A stretch of DNA of 63,947 nucleotides, filler included, from Reticulomyxa filosa (Eukaryota > Protista > Foraminifera), in NCBI GenBank assembly GCA_000512085.1. It is 14 parts of 14 records of this genome, joined end to end, with 100 filler letters (N's around TTAATTAATTAA, not from the genome) between each part and the next. Parts side by side here need not be neighbours in the genome. Positions count along the whole stretch, not along the records: positions 1 to 2,427 come from ASPP01015930.1; positions 2,528 to 6,757 come from ASPP01025183.1; positions 6,858 to 16,113 come from ASPP01008319.1; 11 more parts are not named here. One strand, 5' to 3'. The notes under the pieces are model-generated. The model had not been told where the DNA came from. It saw nothing but the letters and a program-made list of their open reading frames with translations, and did not search any database. Shown piece by piece: positions 1 through 13,749 of this stretch; positions within the stretch are counted from its first letter, which is position 1; every line of letters begins with the position of its first letter. A program made the translations under genes and the position numbers.

Positions 1-68
1 ATATATATATATATATATGTATATGTGTCGATTGTAACCTTTCCTTGTTTTGTTTGTGTGATGCTCAG

Positions 69-1052
69 AACTGTGGTGTCGAATTTGAATATGACCGCAA
101 AGAAACATCACAACCACGAATTAGACATAGTGGAATCCATAGAACCACATTACGATATCAAAAACATATTAAATTATATCCCGCCACAAGAGTTGAAATT
201 GGAAGAGCACAAAACTTTGGAAAAGTCACCCCACAGCGATATGGACATTCGACATATCATTGCACACATTGTCGACGGCAGCAGATTTGATGAGTTCAAA
301 ATGTACTTTGGTCCAACGCTGGTCACCGGCTTCGCTCGAGTCCACGGCTTCCCTGTGGGGATCGTCGCAAATAACGGGGTGCTGTTCAGTGCCTCTGCCC
401 AAAAGGGCGCACATTTCATCGAGCTGTGTTGTCAGCGCAAAATACCATTGCTTTTTTTGCAAAACATCAGTGGATTTATGGTTGGCAAAGAACACGAACG
501 TGAAGGTAATTTTTTTAAAAAAAAAAAAAAAAAATAGAAATAAATGTAGTAGAATCCATTTCATCTATGTTCTCATCTGTTTTGCGAATATGCGATGCTA
601 AAAAAAAAAAAAAACAAAAAAAACAAAAAGGCATCGCCAAGCATGGTGCAAAGCTTGTAAATGCAGTGGCGTGTGCCAAAGTTCCCAAGATAACAGTGTT
701 GTGTGGTGGCTCATTTGGAGCTGGAAACTATGGAATGTGTGGCCGTGCTTACAGCCCACAATTCTTGTACATGTGGCCTAACTCCAGAATTTCTGTCATG
801 GGTGGGGCACAGGCAGCTTATGTATTGGCTGAGGTCAACAAAAAAAAGGCAGGCTCGAAAGAACGAGAGGACTTTGAAAAAACAATCCAATCTCAGTATG
901 AAAAAGAAGGGCATCCTTACTACAGTAGCGCACGTTTGTGGGATGATGGTATTATTGACCCAAGAGACACAAGGAAAGTTATTGCCTTATCATTGAGTGC
1001 TGCTCTGAACGCACCCATTGAAGACACTAAATTTGGTGTTTTCAGAATGTGA
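69..1052 (+). CDS. MCCB: Methylcrotonyl-CoA carboxylase beta subunit, 3' part; intron 506-630
   Basis: Motifs [57 protein letters not shown] and C-terminal FGVFRM*. Removing the GT-AG intron 506-630 joins [13 protein letters not shown] in frame. Confidence 0.95.
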
Positions 1053-1436
1053 TCTATGTCATTCATTATATTTTTTTATTTGTGAAACATCTTGTGCAGA
1101 GATTTGACGAAATGAATTCACCTTTGAAAAAAAAAAGACGTGGTTGCACTTTTGACAGGGAGGAGAACTTAGTTAAAAGGACTTTTTCATGTGTAATAGC
1201 CAAAATTGTCTTCAGCATTCTTTTTATTCTTCAATGAGTCACAAATCCATATTTGTACTTTTGCGAAAGGATCTTCTTTGCATATTCTATCGCGGATTTT
1301 CTCTTTTATGCTAAAAAAACATATTAATTATAGTAGTGATGGTAATAAACTTGTAAATTAGTTGCGGTTCTTCTTGAAGTGAACACATAAAAATTCCTTT
1401 TATTCTATGGGCGCAAATTGAGCATTTCTGCAAGAT

Positions 1437-2391
1437 ATGGCAACCATAAGTGAAAAACAAAAAAAGATTCTTGATAATGTGGCAAGTGCAGAAGCAGATT
1501 TAAAACGCCAATGCCGAAGGTATGAAGAAAAACTAAAAGAAATGCAAAACGCGTTGATGAAAGCGGTGGACGTGAAAAAGGCCATAATCGAGCTTGAACC
1601 AGACAAAAACTCAGAAAAAAATAAAAATGTAATTTGAAATGACAAACAACAACTAAAGACATGAGCAATTTTGGTTGATTTGGCTCTTTTTTTGGGGGGG
1701 GGAGGGGAAGGGGAAAACAATGTTGTCGTTGTGAAGCTGTCCAAAAGAGCTGTCTGTTTGCGTCTTTTGCCACCCACCATGAAACAGAAAAAGATCAACG
1801 AGCTGGTAGAGGCATTGGAAAAAGCAATGAAAAATTTGGCAGCGACAAACACGAGAAGTGACAATGAGGAAATTGAAGAGTTACGTATGGAGTTGGAAAG
1901 ATGTAAGCTAAAAGAAGCAAAATGGGATGATGATATTATAACCATGAAAGAAGAATGGAACGAGCAATTACAGCAACAAATGAAAATATGCGAAGGCAAC
2001 TGTAAGCTCGCCTTTGACGAACAAATTAGCGCCTTAAGTCGTGAAGCCGAAGCAATGCGTAAGCAGGTAGTGAATTCATTTTTTTTTTTTAATTTTTTTT
2101 TTGTTGCTACGTATACAAAAAACTTGGCAAAAAAAAAAAAAACGAATACATAAACCAATTTTTTTTTTTTTTGAGTTGAGTCGGAAGCACTGCAGCAAGA
2201 AAAGAGCGAAAAAGAAAAGGAAATCGAACAATTGCGAAAATTAGACGAGACGCACCAAGATCTACGAAACCGATGGCAAGAACAAAAAAAGCAAAAAACG
2301 AAGAATTAGAAAAGCAAACAGCCGAAATAACTTTATTGAAACGATCGCTTAGCGAAATGGAAACCAATTTAAACGCATTGCAAGAAAGTTA
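1437..2391 (+). CDS. Coiled-coil hypothetical protein, multi-exon, probable homopolymer frameshift near 2295
   Basis: E/K/Q-rich heptad ORF segments at 1437-1628, ~1779-2066 and ~2181-2391, with GT donors at 1629 and 2067. The exact exon joins are uncertain. Confidence 0.5.
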
Positions 2392-2527
2392 ACAAGACTT
2401 TTCCCTTTAACATAGACACTTAAAAAANNNNNNNNNNNNNNNNNNNNNNNNNNNNNNNNNNNNNNNNNNNNTTAATTAATTAANNNNNNNNNNNNNNNNN
2501 NNNNNNNNNNNNNNNNNNNNNNNNNNN

Positions 2528-4184
2528 TATATTATATATTAACTTTTATTAATTCTAATGATGATCTTTCTAATGTCATAAAAAATGCTCTTATTTCATA
2601 ATTTCTTGGTTCTACTGCAAATATAATCATACAAAAACTTAAAAATGATGCTAATGATATTGATAATCTATATTTCCAATCATCATTTAAATCAGACATA
2701 TTAGTAATATTAACTATTATACAAATACCAACAGCAAAAGAAATCCATAATGATAATGGCCATAATATACGCCATCTAAAAAAAGAAATAAGTTTTATAA
2801 ATTTACCAAAAATTGTTTTTTTTTTTTAAATTTTTTAGATATTTTAAACATTTCACCACAACAAATAGTTACAACTTGAATATTATATTTATAAATAAAA
2901 CGAATTAATGATGCAATACAACATATTACTAATATTCCAGTTATACATAAATCTGTTAATTTATAATTCCACCAATTTATTTTTTCATTATTTAAACGTT
3001 TCCATGATATATGCATTTCACTATGTATATGACGAGTTAAAACACCAATATTAATACGATATATTAAATACCATTCCCATTTTATTTTCATTTTTGAAAA
3101 AAAGGAATAACTTATTATATTCATTTTTAAATCAATATGTTTTGAATATTGTATATAATATTGTATATTATTATTATAATAACTATTATTTTTATAATTA
3201 TATGGTGTCATTATAAATATTATAGGTTGTGATTGTGTATATAATTTAAATGATAATTCACAAGAAGGAATAGAATTATTTTTTATTGAAATATTATTAT
3301 ATTCAAAATGTTCTACATAATGATTACTTAAATTAAAATATATATCCATTTTTTTATTTAATGTATTTATCAAAGAATTTATTTGCCATAAATTTTCTTC
3401 TTTTCCAACTTCAAATATCTATATAATATAATATAATGTATATATAAATGTATATATATTTTTAATAATATATATATATATTTATTTATTTATTTACTAA
3501 ACTCCACGTAATGAATTTTTAAATTCTCGAAAAAAATTTGTTGAATCTTTTCGAAAATATAACTTTTATTATTTAAAAATAATTGTTAATTTTTAAAAAC
3601 ATATATGTAATGTATATGTATATGTATATAATAATCACATACTAGCAATATAAAACAAATTGCAATAATCAATTGAAAAAATCCTGAAGAATATAATTTT
3701 AATCGAAATGATGGTGGTGATTCTTGTTGATCAATATTTTTATCATCTTTTCTGAATGGATTTTGTGCTTTTTCTTTTCTTCGTTCAAATAATGTTTTCT
3801 TTATTTTATTTATTATTTTTATTATTTTTATTTTTAAATAATCCATAAATCTTTGTTTTCAATTATTAATGATAACTCAACTACTCCCAATATTTCTTCA
3901 CTTGTAAAAGAATCTTCTTCAGATATACTTAGTATAGATTTTGTTGATCGAAGGTGTAATGGACGTTCAAGTTTTTCTTCTTCTTTTTCTATTCTCCCTG
4001 CACACAAAAAATATTATCAAGAAGAAATAAAATAAAATAAAAAATAACAAACAAAACTTTCAACGTCAGTTTCTTGTGAAGAGGTTTCCAACTTATCAAG
4101 TTCAATTTGCTTAGCAAAAACAGAAGAAGTTGGTAAGGATTCATAGTCAAAATGCCTCAACTGGACAAGTGCCAAAAAGTTCAT
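2528..4184 (-). CDS. Mucolipin/TRPML-like (polycystin-family) cation channel, 5' portion, multi-exon, truncated at linker
   Basis: ATG at 4184 (MNFLALVQ). NPFRK..KLYSSGFFQLIIAICFILLV resembles S1, followed by a large luminal loop. TDLCITGILVICCIASLIR resembles S2 and LASFLSFCMIIF..MTLERSSLELIK resembles S4 plus the S4-S5 linker. Confidence 0.5.
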
Positions 4185-4579
4185 TTTTTTTTTAAATACA
4201 TTTGAAGAAACCTTTTATTATTGTCTTTGCACCGAGAAAGGCTTATCAAGTATAAAATACTGTCACGCATAGTGCGTACATAAAAGATTAAGCAGTTGAA
4301 AAATTGGATCTTGTCAATGAATTAAAACTATCTGTCATTTCATTTTTTTTCAAAACACAAACTTTACTTACCAGAATGCATCTTAACAGTTTTATCATTA
4401 TTTTGTCAACATTTTATATACTTCCAACAATTTGAAGAAGTCTGTCATTTTTTTTTATGATAGTACTTGTTTCCAATATGACTTTAAATGAAAAAAAACA
4501 ATGAGCAAACAAACAACAAACGCATTACAAAAAGAAAAAAAAAAGAACCAATCCAACCAAAAAAAAACAACTAGTTCAT

Positions 4580-6654
4580 TCAATACCAACCAACAAAATT
4601 TCCAAAGCGTTCCTCATCACTGTCAGCATCAAGCTTGTCTTGTTGACTGTCTTCATCATTCGCATCTTTGGGAATTGCTGTTGAGGCGGAGGATTTGGGA
4701 ACTTGTGGATAGAAGTGGAATTTTTTATTTTTAGTCAAAGACAATACCCGCTCTGTGTACCATTGTTGAAATTTGGTCATATCTCCAGCGGCAAAGTTCA
4801 ACTTAGATATTGCGAGAGTAGGTTTTCGTAACATTAAATCGGCTCTGGATACGCATACACACATACATATACGAGCATATACGTTCACATAAATTCTTTC
4901 TCTAACATTACAACGAAGGGAGGGGGGAGACAAAAAAAAAAAAAAAAAAACAAAAACAACGTAACAGCTCGATTTCTCCTTGTTCAAAAGCTTGTTGAAT
5001 AAACGTCGAATAGGAGCGGCTGTCAGAGACAACAAAGTTATCCGGGAAGCATTCCAAAAGTTTGGTCGAGTCGTGCCAATTGTGAACTCGAATTAGGTAG
5101 AAGAGCAGATTTAAGGCGTGGTCACACCGTTGGCGTGTAAATGACCTCAAAAAATGGTAGTCCTTCAACACGTACTTGACCAGCCAGTAATCGCCAATGC
5201 TGTCGTTGACATAGCCTCTGAATGTCCCATTCACGGCATTACGGTCAAAGATGGTGCAAAGAAATCCCTCGCGAGCAAAATCACTCAACACATCCAAGTA
5301 TTTGAACGCAGGCCCATACAAGTAGTCAGCAATGGCTTCCAAGAAATGTCGAAACGATACTGACTCTTTCATCAGTTCGCATTCACTCAGGCACGTAAAT
5401 AAGTCCTTGCGTAATTCCTACCCAATTGTGCATTACGCATATAGGTATGTACAGATACAATTAAAAAAAAAAAGGGGAAAAAAAAAAGTTGATCATTATA
5501 TTGTCGATATAACAATGTTTTTTTTTTTTTTAAAAAAAATAAAAATAAAACAAAAAACACGCATACGTAGTGAATGCACAATAAAGGATAAGTATGATAA
5601 GAGGCTTTTTGTAACAGGTTGAAATACGGATCAATGATGTACACTTCATCGGAATCAATCTCGTACACATACTTATCCTTTTCTTTCATGCAGAACCGGA
5701 CAGGCTGTACTCCCACGCTATACAACAAGCGAATGATGCCCACTGGGCACTCATTCTTCGTTGTGTCGATGGCCGACGTCACCTCGCTAATGTTCAGTCT
5801 CAGAAAAGGCCTGCAGTTTTTGTTTTCGCGATTCTTTTGGTTCGAGATTTTCACCAAGTGTTTGATCTGGTCCACTCGTTCCGTCCGTTCTTCACCAGTC
5901 AACACCTGTTTCCAAAATGTATCATATAAACAATAATAGTAATTAATGACAATAAATTTATTTATTTATTTATTTTTTTTTTAAAAGCACTTACATAAAT
6001 ATATATATATATATACATATATGTGTATATATTGTATACGTATATGTATATGTATACACATATAATATGCACACATATTTAAATGCATAAATAAAACACA
6101 CACGCAAACTTTGAGTTCCAACTTTCGAACTTCTCCACACATGTAACACTCAGGTGACGCCTGGTCATTTTGGAAGGTGCATCTTTTGCACTCCCACTTC
6201 GACGTGTCGACCAAGTCGGAAGACGCCTTGTTTTCTTCGGCGTTATCGGACGAGGGCGGGTCGAAAGGATAGGGCTCCATGGACAGGTTGACGGTGGTCA
6301 TCCCGTCGTCCATTTGTGTGGATTTAATCAAAGCTTGGATCAATGAAGACAAGTCGATGGTCGGGTCGTCGCAGTTGCGCTGACTCGCGTGCAAGTGCGT
6401 CAAAATATATCGAAAAGGGGTCATATGCTTTTTGAAACAATAGCTTTCTCGTCGACGATTTTTTCCCTTTTTCTTCGCTCCGAACGTGCTGTCGTCTTCA
6501 AACGCTGGTAAGTTGCCTTCGTGAAGCACTGCGCGGTCCGTGGTCTCGTGCCAAAGAAGTAGACGACACGGACAGATCGTACTTTCCGACAAGTCACTAC
6601 TTATCAGCCACGTGGCTATTTCTATCATATTCGTCACTTTTGCCGGGCTGGTGT
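4580..6654 (-). CDS. Multi-exon hypothetical protein with a RanBP2-type zinc finger, 5' truncated
   Basis: WECKRCTFQNDQASPECYMCG fits W-x-C-x2-C-x3-N-x6-C-x2-C. GC-richer exons are separated by AT/microsatellite introns. Stop at 4580. Confidence 0.7.
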
Positions 6655-6930
6655 CTTCAAACCAAACAAAAACAATATATAAATATTTATTTATTTATTT
6701 ATTTATAAAAAAATAAATTTTTTTTGGGTAGTAAAAATTTTATTGGTACTCCGCAATNNNNNNNNNNNNNNNNNNNNNNNNNNNNNNNNNNNNNNNNNNN
6801 NTTAATTAATTAANNNNNNNNNNNNNNNNNNNNNNNNNNNNNNNNNNNNNNNNNNNNAAAAAAAAAAAGGGGGCATAAAAAGGTGGGGAAGGAAAGGGGG
6901 AAAAAAAAGCAACTTAAAAAAAAAAAAAAG

Positions 6931-9900
6931 GGGAATTGGAAGAAAAAGACAATCTAATCGATTCAATGCAACAAGAAATGGGTCAAATGAAAGAAAAGTA
7001 TGAATTACAGTTGAGAGGAGTAGAAGGCATATTGGTAAATAATGGTACCGAGTATTTTGCAGTTATTTATTTTTTTTCTTTTATTCAAAAAAAAAAAAAA
7101 GGTGTTTGTCTCCCCCCCCCCTTTTTTTTATGCCCCCTTTTTTTTTTTTTTTTGATGTGTTGGTAAATAGTAACACAAAATAACACAATACAAAAAATAC
7201 CAATCTATGCATTTGTATGTATGAGAAAAGTCATTGAAGAAAAAGGAAAATGTAAATAAGCCTGGAATCACCAACACAGAGTTGGAGAAGGTGAAGAATG
7301 AAATGGAAGAAAACTTACGGCGATACCAACAACAACAGATTGAGCAACAAAGACTGCAAAAGTCGTTTGAAATTTTGAAACTAGAAAAAGCCTCGGAAAT
7401 GCAAGAAATGTTAATTCGCACTAACGAACAACTGGCCAAAAAAGAGGACGAATTGCTACGTCTACGTTGGACTGTCCAAGTTTGATCTCTTTTTCTCTAA
7501 CTTTTGTTTCATTTCGAATCTTTTCTGTTTAAAGCAGATTCTTTCTCACTATTCTTTTTTTTTTTTTGGTCTCATTATATAAATACATATATTGTGTATA
7601 AACATATTTATATTTATTTATTTATATATGTATACATATACATTTATATGTATATGTAATGCCACATAACACTGTGATAAAACGCATTAACTGATAAATA
7701 CAACGCAAGGACTTGGAATTGGAAAGAACGATGCTGGAAGACGAACTGAAGCAAATCAAAAATGATCCTTCGTTCACAGGCGCAAGTTTGAGAGCAACTA
7801 ATACAGAGAAATACACTCTCGATCTTTCCAAATTCATTGTTGAGTGCATCACACACACTTGTGTACATATACATATATTTGTTATTACGCTTTCTTTCTT
7901 CCCTCCCCTCCTTGCTTTGAAGGGGGGGACACGCTGCATGAATAAGGGACATTGCATTTTTTTTTGACATCTTCTCTCCGAGGGAGGAGGGAGGAAAAGG
8001 GAGAAGATGAGGAGGGAGGAGGGAGGGGGGGGGAGGAAGAAGAAGAGAAAAATGCAATTGTTGATCTAGCCATGGTCAACAGATATTTGAGTGAGTGAGG
8101 TATATGTGAAGGGAGAAGAATGTGATGTTGACACATGACACACGAATGTGTGGGGTTGAAACAATAGGACGAAGACGAAAAGAAAGGAGCAGACGATTCT
8201 TATCCCATCCAAAGTGGGCTCGATGACATCGAGACCACCGACATATCGCCCTTGGTCATGGAAAAAATGAAACAGGCATTGGAGGCAGCACAAGAACGAA
8301 AGGTAAAGGATGGATTGACGGCAGGTTCCGGCAACGACAATAGCATGTACCTTACTGACAAAGAACACTCCACCAAAAAAAAAAGATGTGGCAAAGAAAA
8401 AAAGTTTCGTTCTTTCCAAAAAAAAAAACAAAACTTATTACAATCAATTGCAATTTGTCGACACTTTAAAAAAAAAAAAAAAGGACCCAATTTTTATTGT
8501 CAAAAGGGGTTTTAAAAAAAAATTCAAAGTGATTTTTTTTTTTTTTGTGAAATAAAAAAATATATATAATGCTGTGGGTGGAAATCTTTTTTTTACTGAC
8601 CATGCATATTTTGCACATATAAATATATGTATATATGTATATAACACATATGTGGGTACAAAATCGAAAACAGATGGAATTCCACAATAAAACGAAACGA
8701 CGCAATGACGACGACTTGGACGATGTGAATGAGTTTTTACAAGGCGCAATACCGAACGATGTGGATTCATTGCAAAAGCAACTGACATTGAGCAAAACGC
8801 TAGTCCAACAGATGGTGAACGATATCGGGGACATGAAGGTTCGATTGGAACAAGCACAGAAGTACGGCGGCAGTGGGTTGGAAAGTGACGAGGAAGCCAA
8901 TGGCAATAACGACGACGATGACGACAAAGAGACGCAAAAGGAACGTATGTTGGCAAAGAAGAAGTCGAAGCACGATCGATTCTTTAGCACGTTCAACATA
9001 CTGAGCAAAGAGCAAGACAATGCCGACTTGTTGATTCAACAAATTGGGCAGTTTGACGCGGTCACCTCGTTTGCGGAAAACGAAAAAACGTATAAGTTAG
9101 TGATGGACTCACTGCGTCTGAAACTAAGAGCCGGACAAACGCAATGCAGTACATTGACGGAATTGGTGGAGGAAATTATTAGCGAAATGAACGACAATGA
9201 CGACGGTTTGGATGGCGGCCAAGATGGCGATGACGAATTTGACGACGATGAGGATGACCATCGTGGTGGGTTCTCAAAAAAAAAGGTGGTCATCTCCAAT
9301 TCGAAAAAAAGGAAAAGCAGCAACTGGTTTGAATCAATTCCGATTGGAGTCTATCAAACAAATGCTTGCAACAGCCAAAGTTTCTTTTTTTTTTTTTTTT
9401 TTGCAATAATTAATATCAATTTCCATTATTTTTGTTTTGTTTTGTTTTGTTTGTTTGTTTATTCGTTCGTTCGAAAATATGGGGATATTAATAACTTGTT
9501 GTGTTATTGTTGTAGAAAGTCGCCGAGACGGTGGATGAGGTCATCGACGAATTGAAAGGCGCCGAAGCGTATGTGCATCCCGACCAAAAACGTGTGGAAT
9601 TGCTCCAGCTGAAATGCAAGGAGCTGCAAAACAGCATGCCATATGTGAGCACGCAACAACTGGCGGTATTGGGCACGCTTCCCAAGTTTATCAAAAGCGA
9701 GCTGTCCAAGTTTGATCGACGAAAGAAGCTCGAAAAGATGACCCAAGAGAGAGACAAAACTTTGAAAGTGGCGGGCGATCGTGACGTCTTGCAAGAGAAG
9801 CTCGAGCGCGAGCAGAAGCGAGAGGAAGAAGAAACAGCACAACGCGACGAGTCATTTTATTCCACATTGGACAGTGTCGTCACCGTCAGCGATCGAGTTC

Positions 9901-11513
9901 ACGAACAGGCAAATTATGTCACTTCGCATTTGATCGACCTTTTGGATGGCGTTTCAGTGTTTGACGAGCAACAGAAGCAATTGCAGACCAACATTCTGAG
10001 CGAATTGAAGCAGACCATGAACGTCATCAACGAGAGCATGGAAGAAATCGTGGACCAATTCCGATCTGCGCGTGAATATGTCCATCCCACACAAGAAAGT
10101 CTGATCGTCGCCGTTATGCAAAATGTCGAAAAATCCATTGAAAACGAGGTTACCATTACTTTCTTTTTTTTTTTTTTTAATTTTTATATTCATTGATCCA
10201 ATCTGATTAATTAAATAATATACAAATAATTGATGCATTTTGCACAATAGCGTTTGCAACGTGAATTGCAACTTACGAAAGGAGAGTTGGACGCAGCTCA
10301 AGAAGAGCTGAGAGCCAAACCTGGCAAAACTGGTGATCCCTTGACGACAACAACAACGTCAGCAACAGCGACAGCGACAGCGACAGCAACAGCAGCACAG
10401 ACTTCAACGTCGAAACCCTTGGCTCCCTCGTCGGCGGCAAAGGCGCTAGGACATGACGAAAAGAAGACCAACAGACGCTCGGATCCGTCGTGGGGAGCAG
10501 ATTCGATGGACTTGGAGTTTTTAAAGTTTGCCGAGGCGGAGCTGCTTAACAACAAAGACCAAACTTCGGGCATTGACGACGGCAATGACACAAAAGAGGC
10601 GACCGAGTTCCTGCCAAAATTGGACGAGAAACTCGGACAAGTGAAGGAACGCACTGCGTACATTCACTCGCTGCTGACCGAGTCGGGATTGTTGGAAGGC
10701 TCGAGAAACGTGTTGTACAACGACATGAAGGAACTGTGCACGAACATTGAAAATGAAGTCAGCTATGTGACCGAGGTGGTGAACGAAATGAAGGAGGCCA
10801 TTCTGCAAGGCCGTGACATGATTGGACCCGACACGCGCTACGTCGCCAAGTTGGAGAAACGCTATCGCCAAATGAAAGGGTTATACAAATTGAAATATGC
10901 CGAAGTCGAACACATGAAAGACAACCTGCACTTCAAAGATCAACAAATCGAAACCTGTCGCGCGCAAATTGAAGAGTTGGAACTCCGTGTTCAACAGGTC
11001 ATGACGAGCGCTGTCGCGAACCCAGACCTCCGGCTCGAAGCCATCAACACGCTCAACGTCAAAACACAAACCTACGGTCGTGTCATGAAGTTCATCGACG
11101 AGGCCGTTCATAAAACCAGGGGCTTGTGTGACAACATCACCGCCTATATGGATAAAGACATTCCACAGATCCTTCGAGACCAACTCAACCATGAAAGTCG
11201 ACAGCAAATGAGGGAATTGGGCAAGCTTATTCACGAAAATTGTGATGTACGTTTTCTTTTTTTTTTTTTTTTAAATTAAAAAAAAAAAAAACATATGCAT
11301 ACATAACATATTCGTCATGTATATACGTGTGCCCACACAGTGGATAATGAAAATTCTACAAAATGTCGAAGACGAAATGGACGGCGTGAAGGAGTTTGTT
11401 CATCCAGACAGACTCTTTGTTGAGACATTGGAGCAAGAGCTCATGGACTTGAAAGAGAGATTGAATTCTTACATGGTTAACTTTTACACTTTGGTTTATT
11501 ATTATTATTATCA

Positions 11514-11548
<35 letters not shown>

Positions 11549-13313
11549 ATAAAAAAAAAAAAGATGTTGTATAATACGTGTGTTTGATATATATGGGCCA
11601 TATTGATCAAATAGGGAGGCAATGCCGAGGTCCGAGGAGGCAATGATTTGGATGACGTGGCTGACGAGAAACGACAGAAACAAAATGACAGCTATTTGGG
11701 ACCACAGAAACCGAAAGAGAACGAGGAAACCTTGAAGCGTCGCACCAGTATGAATAAAATCCGCGCTATGCTGGTGGAGCACGACAAAATTGCAGACACG
11801 TCAAATGTCTCTGATCCTATGTATCAAGAAGTTTAAAATCTGTGTTGATTGATATTGTATTGTGTATGCTACGTTACATATATGCACATTTATTTATTTT
11901 TTTTTCCACTATTCCTTGTCAGGTGCTAAAACGTAAACGCAACAGCGATAGACGTTCGAGTTTGAATGGCATGGACATGCGACACTTGAGAGAGGAAGCA
12001 AATAAGGTGAGAGAAAACATTCGAGAGGTAAAATCAGATTTACCTTATCGTAGCAATCAACCGGCAACTGAACAGGACATTGCCGGGGTTCGCAGTTTGC
12101 AAGTACCAAACCCGATCCGACAAAAAGTGGAAGAGACTCCTGCCAATAGCCCTACGGCCGAAGCGCAAGCTCAGAGCAACGCTAGCTGGCAAGATGCGAT
12201 GGCTGCTTCCGCAGGTGTCAATCCTATCGAAAAAGAGAGCCATGGCACTGGTACCACGGGTGACTCGCATAAACAAAAGGAAGCATTCGACAGTAATCTG
12301 ACCATGGAGGAATTGCAGTCCATGTATGAAAAAAAACTGCAACTGATCGAAGACTTACAAAAGCACATTGAAGTCTTGCGCCATTCGAGAAAAACCGAAA
12401 TCAAAACTTTGCAAGATGGCTTGAGTCAAATGATCAACCGCTGCCGCGAATGGTGGAAAAAACTCTTGGATCGATGCAGCCATTTGGAAGCAGAATTCCA
12501 ACAAAAATTGGCACAAGTGAATAATGTTGGATCTTGTTACGTTTTGCTTTACTTGTGTTGTATTTTGTTTGTGCATATATGTGTACATACTTGCGAATAT
12601 TATCTCTTTAATTTCAAACTTTTTGCTGTGGATACGTCATATTCCAAAATTAAATAACATAGATGGATCTGACAAAGATATCCAACAAAAACTTCGCTCT
12701 TATGAACAAACTTGTCAAGACTTAGCACAAAAACTTAATGACAAGACTGTAGAATACGACAACTTGCGAGCGCAACTTGAAAAGGCTCAAACTTCTCTTT
12801 TGAAACACAAAAATAAGAAACGAAAATTAAAGGAGGACGTCAAAGCGCTAAGCAAAGAATTAGAAAACTTGAAACGTAACCAAGAAGACATTACTAAACA
12901 ATCATCAAGACCCTCCCAGGAAGAGTGGGAAACTAAGTTGGGTTTTTTTTGCCATCCTTTTATGCAGGGAAAATGACAGACTCATTGCATATTTTGGGAT
13001 CGGTGGGGGTGTACCAGGAAAAAACAGCTTGAATTAGCTCTAAAGAAAGCGGAAGAAGATACTATGAACGCACGAAAGAGTAAACTTGAATGTATTCAAC
13101 AAACAGGAGCCGAAATCAACAATTTGAGAGATTACATCAAAATATTGCAGAAGCAGTTAAGGAACAACTTTTGTTGTTTTTTTTGTTATGATTTATTTTG
13201 AAATTTGTTGTGATATCAACAGGATCAAGCAACTCAAAGAAAACGGGGGGCCAGAGTTGGCAGCAGCGCCAGCTGTGATGGGTGGGTTTATGTCGTCTTT
13301 GTTCGGAAAGTGA
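6931..13313 (+). CDS. Large multi-exon coiled-coil protein with internal YVHP-type repeats, 5' truncated
   Basis: A series of E/K/Q/L-rich exons (6936, 7234, 7713, ~8167, ~8673, ~9516, ~10251, ~11341, ~11614, ~11923, ~12663, ~13018, ~13224) bounded by GT/AG, ending GGFMSSLFGK*. Confidence 0.75.
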
Positions 13314-13749
13314 AAATTTTTTTGTTTGTTTTTGCGCTCAAAACAAAAAAAAGTGGGAAAAGGAGGGGAAAGTATGTAAAATGGTTGACTCTTTTCTTTT
13401 CTCATGTGTTCTCGTTGGTAAATGAAAGAACAATTCTTTTTTTTTTCTTTTTTTTCTTTTTTGTGTATCGTGATCCCAAGAGAATTTTTTTTGTTTAAGC
13501 GACATCAGTGTTCATTCTCAACAAAATCCATTGCCGTCCCAACAAAACTGAATATAAACCGATTGCACTAAATCTGATTTTGGACATTTTTTCTCCGAAG
13601 CGAAAAGAGTAAAAACAGAGAAAATTAATTCGTAGTATATTGGCTATTGCAGCACGTTAAAATATTTTGTAAAAAAAAAGAAAGCAATATTTTCGTTTGG
13701 GCACGCAGGCCTCATTCAATAACCAAAACAACAGCCCACAAACATGTTG

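Noticed and set aside
8444-12588. Numerous long antisense ORFs over GC-richer exons
   Set aside because: These are shadow ORFs of the coiled-coil gene with no domain signal.
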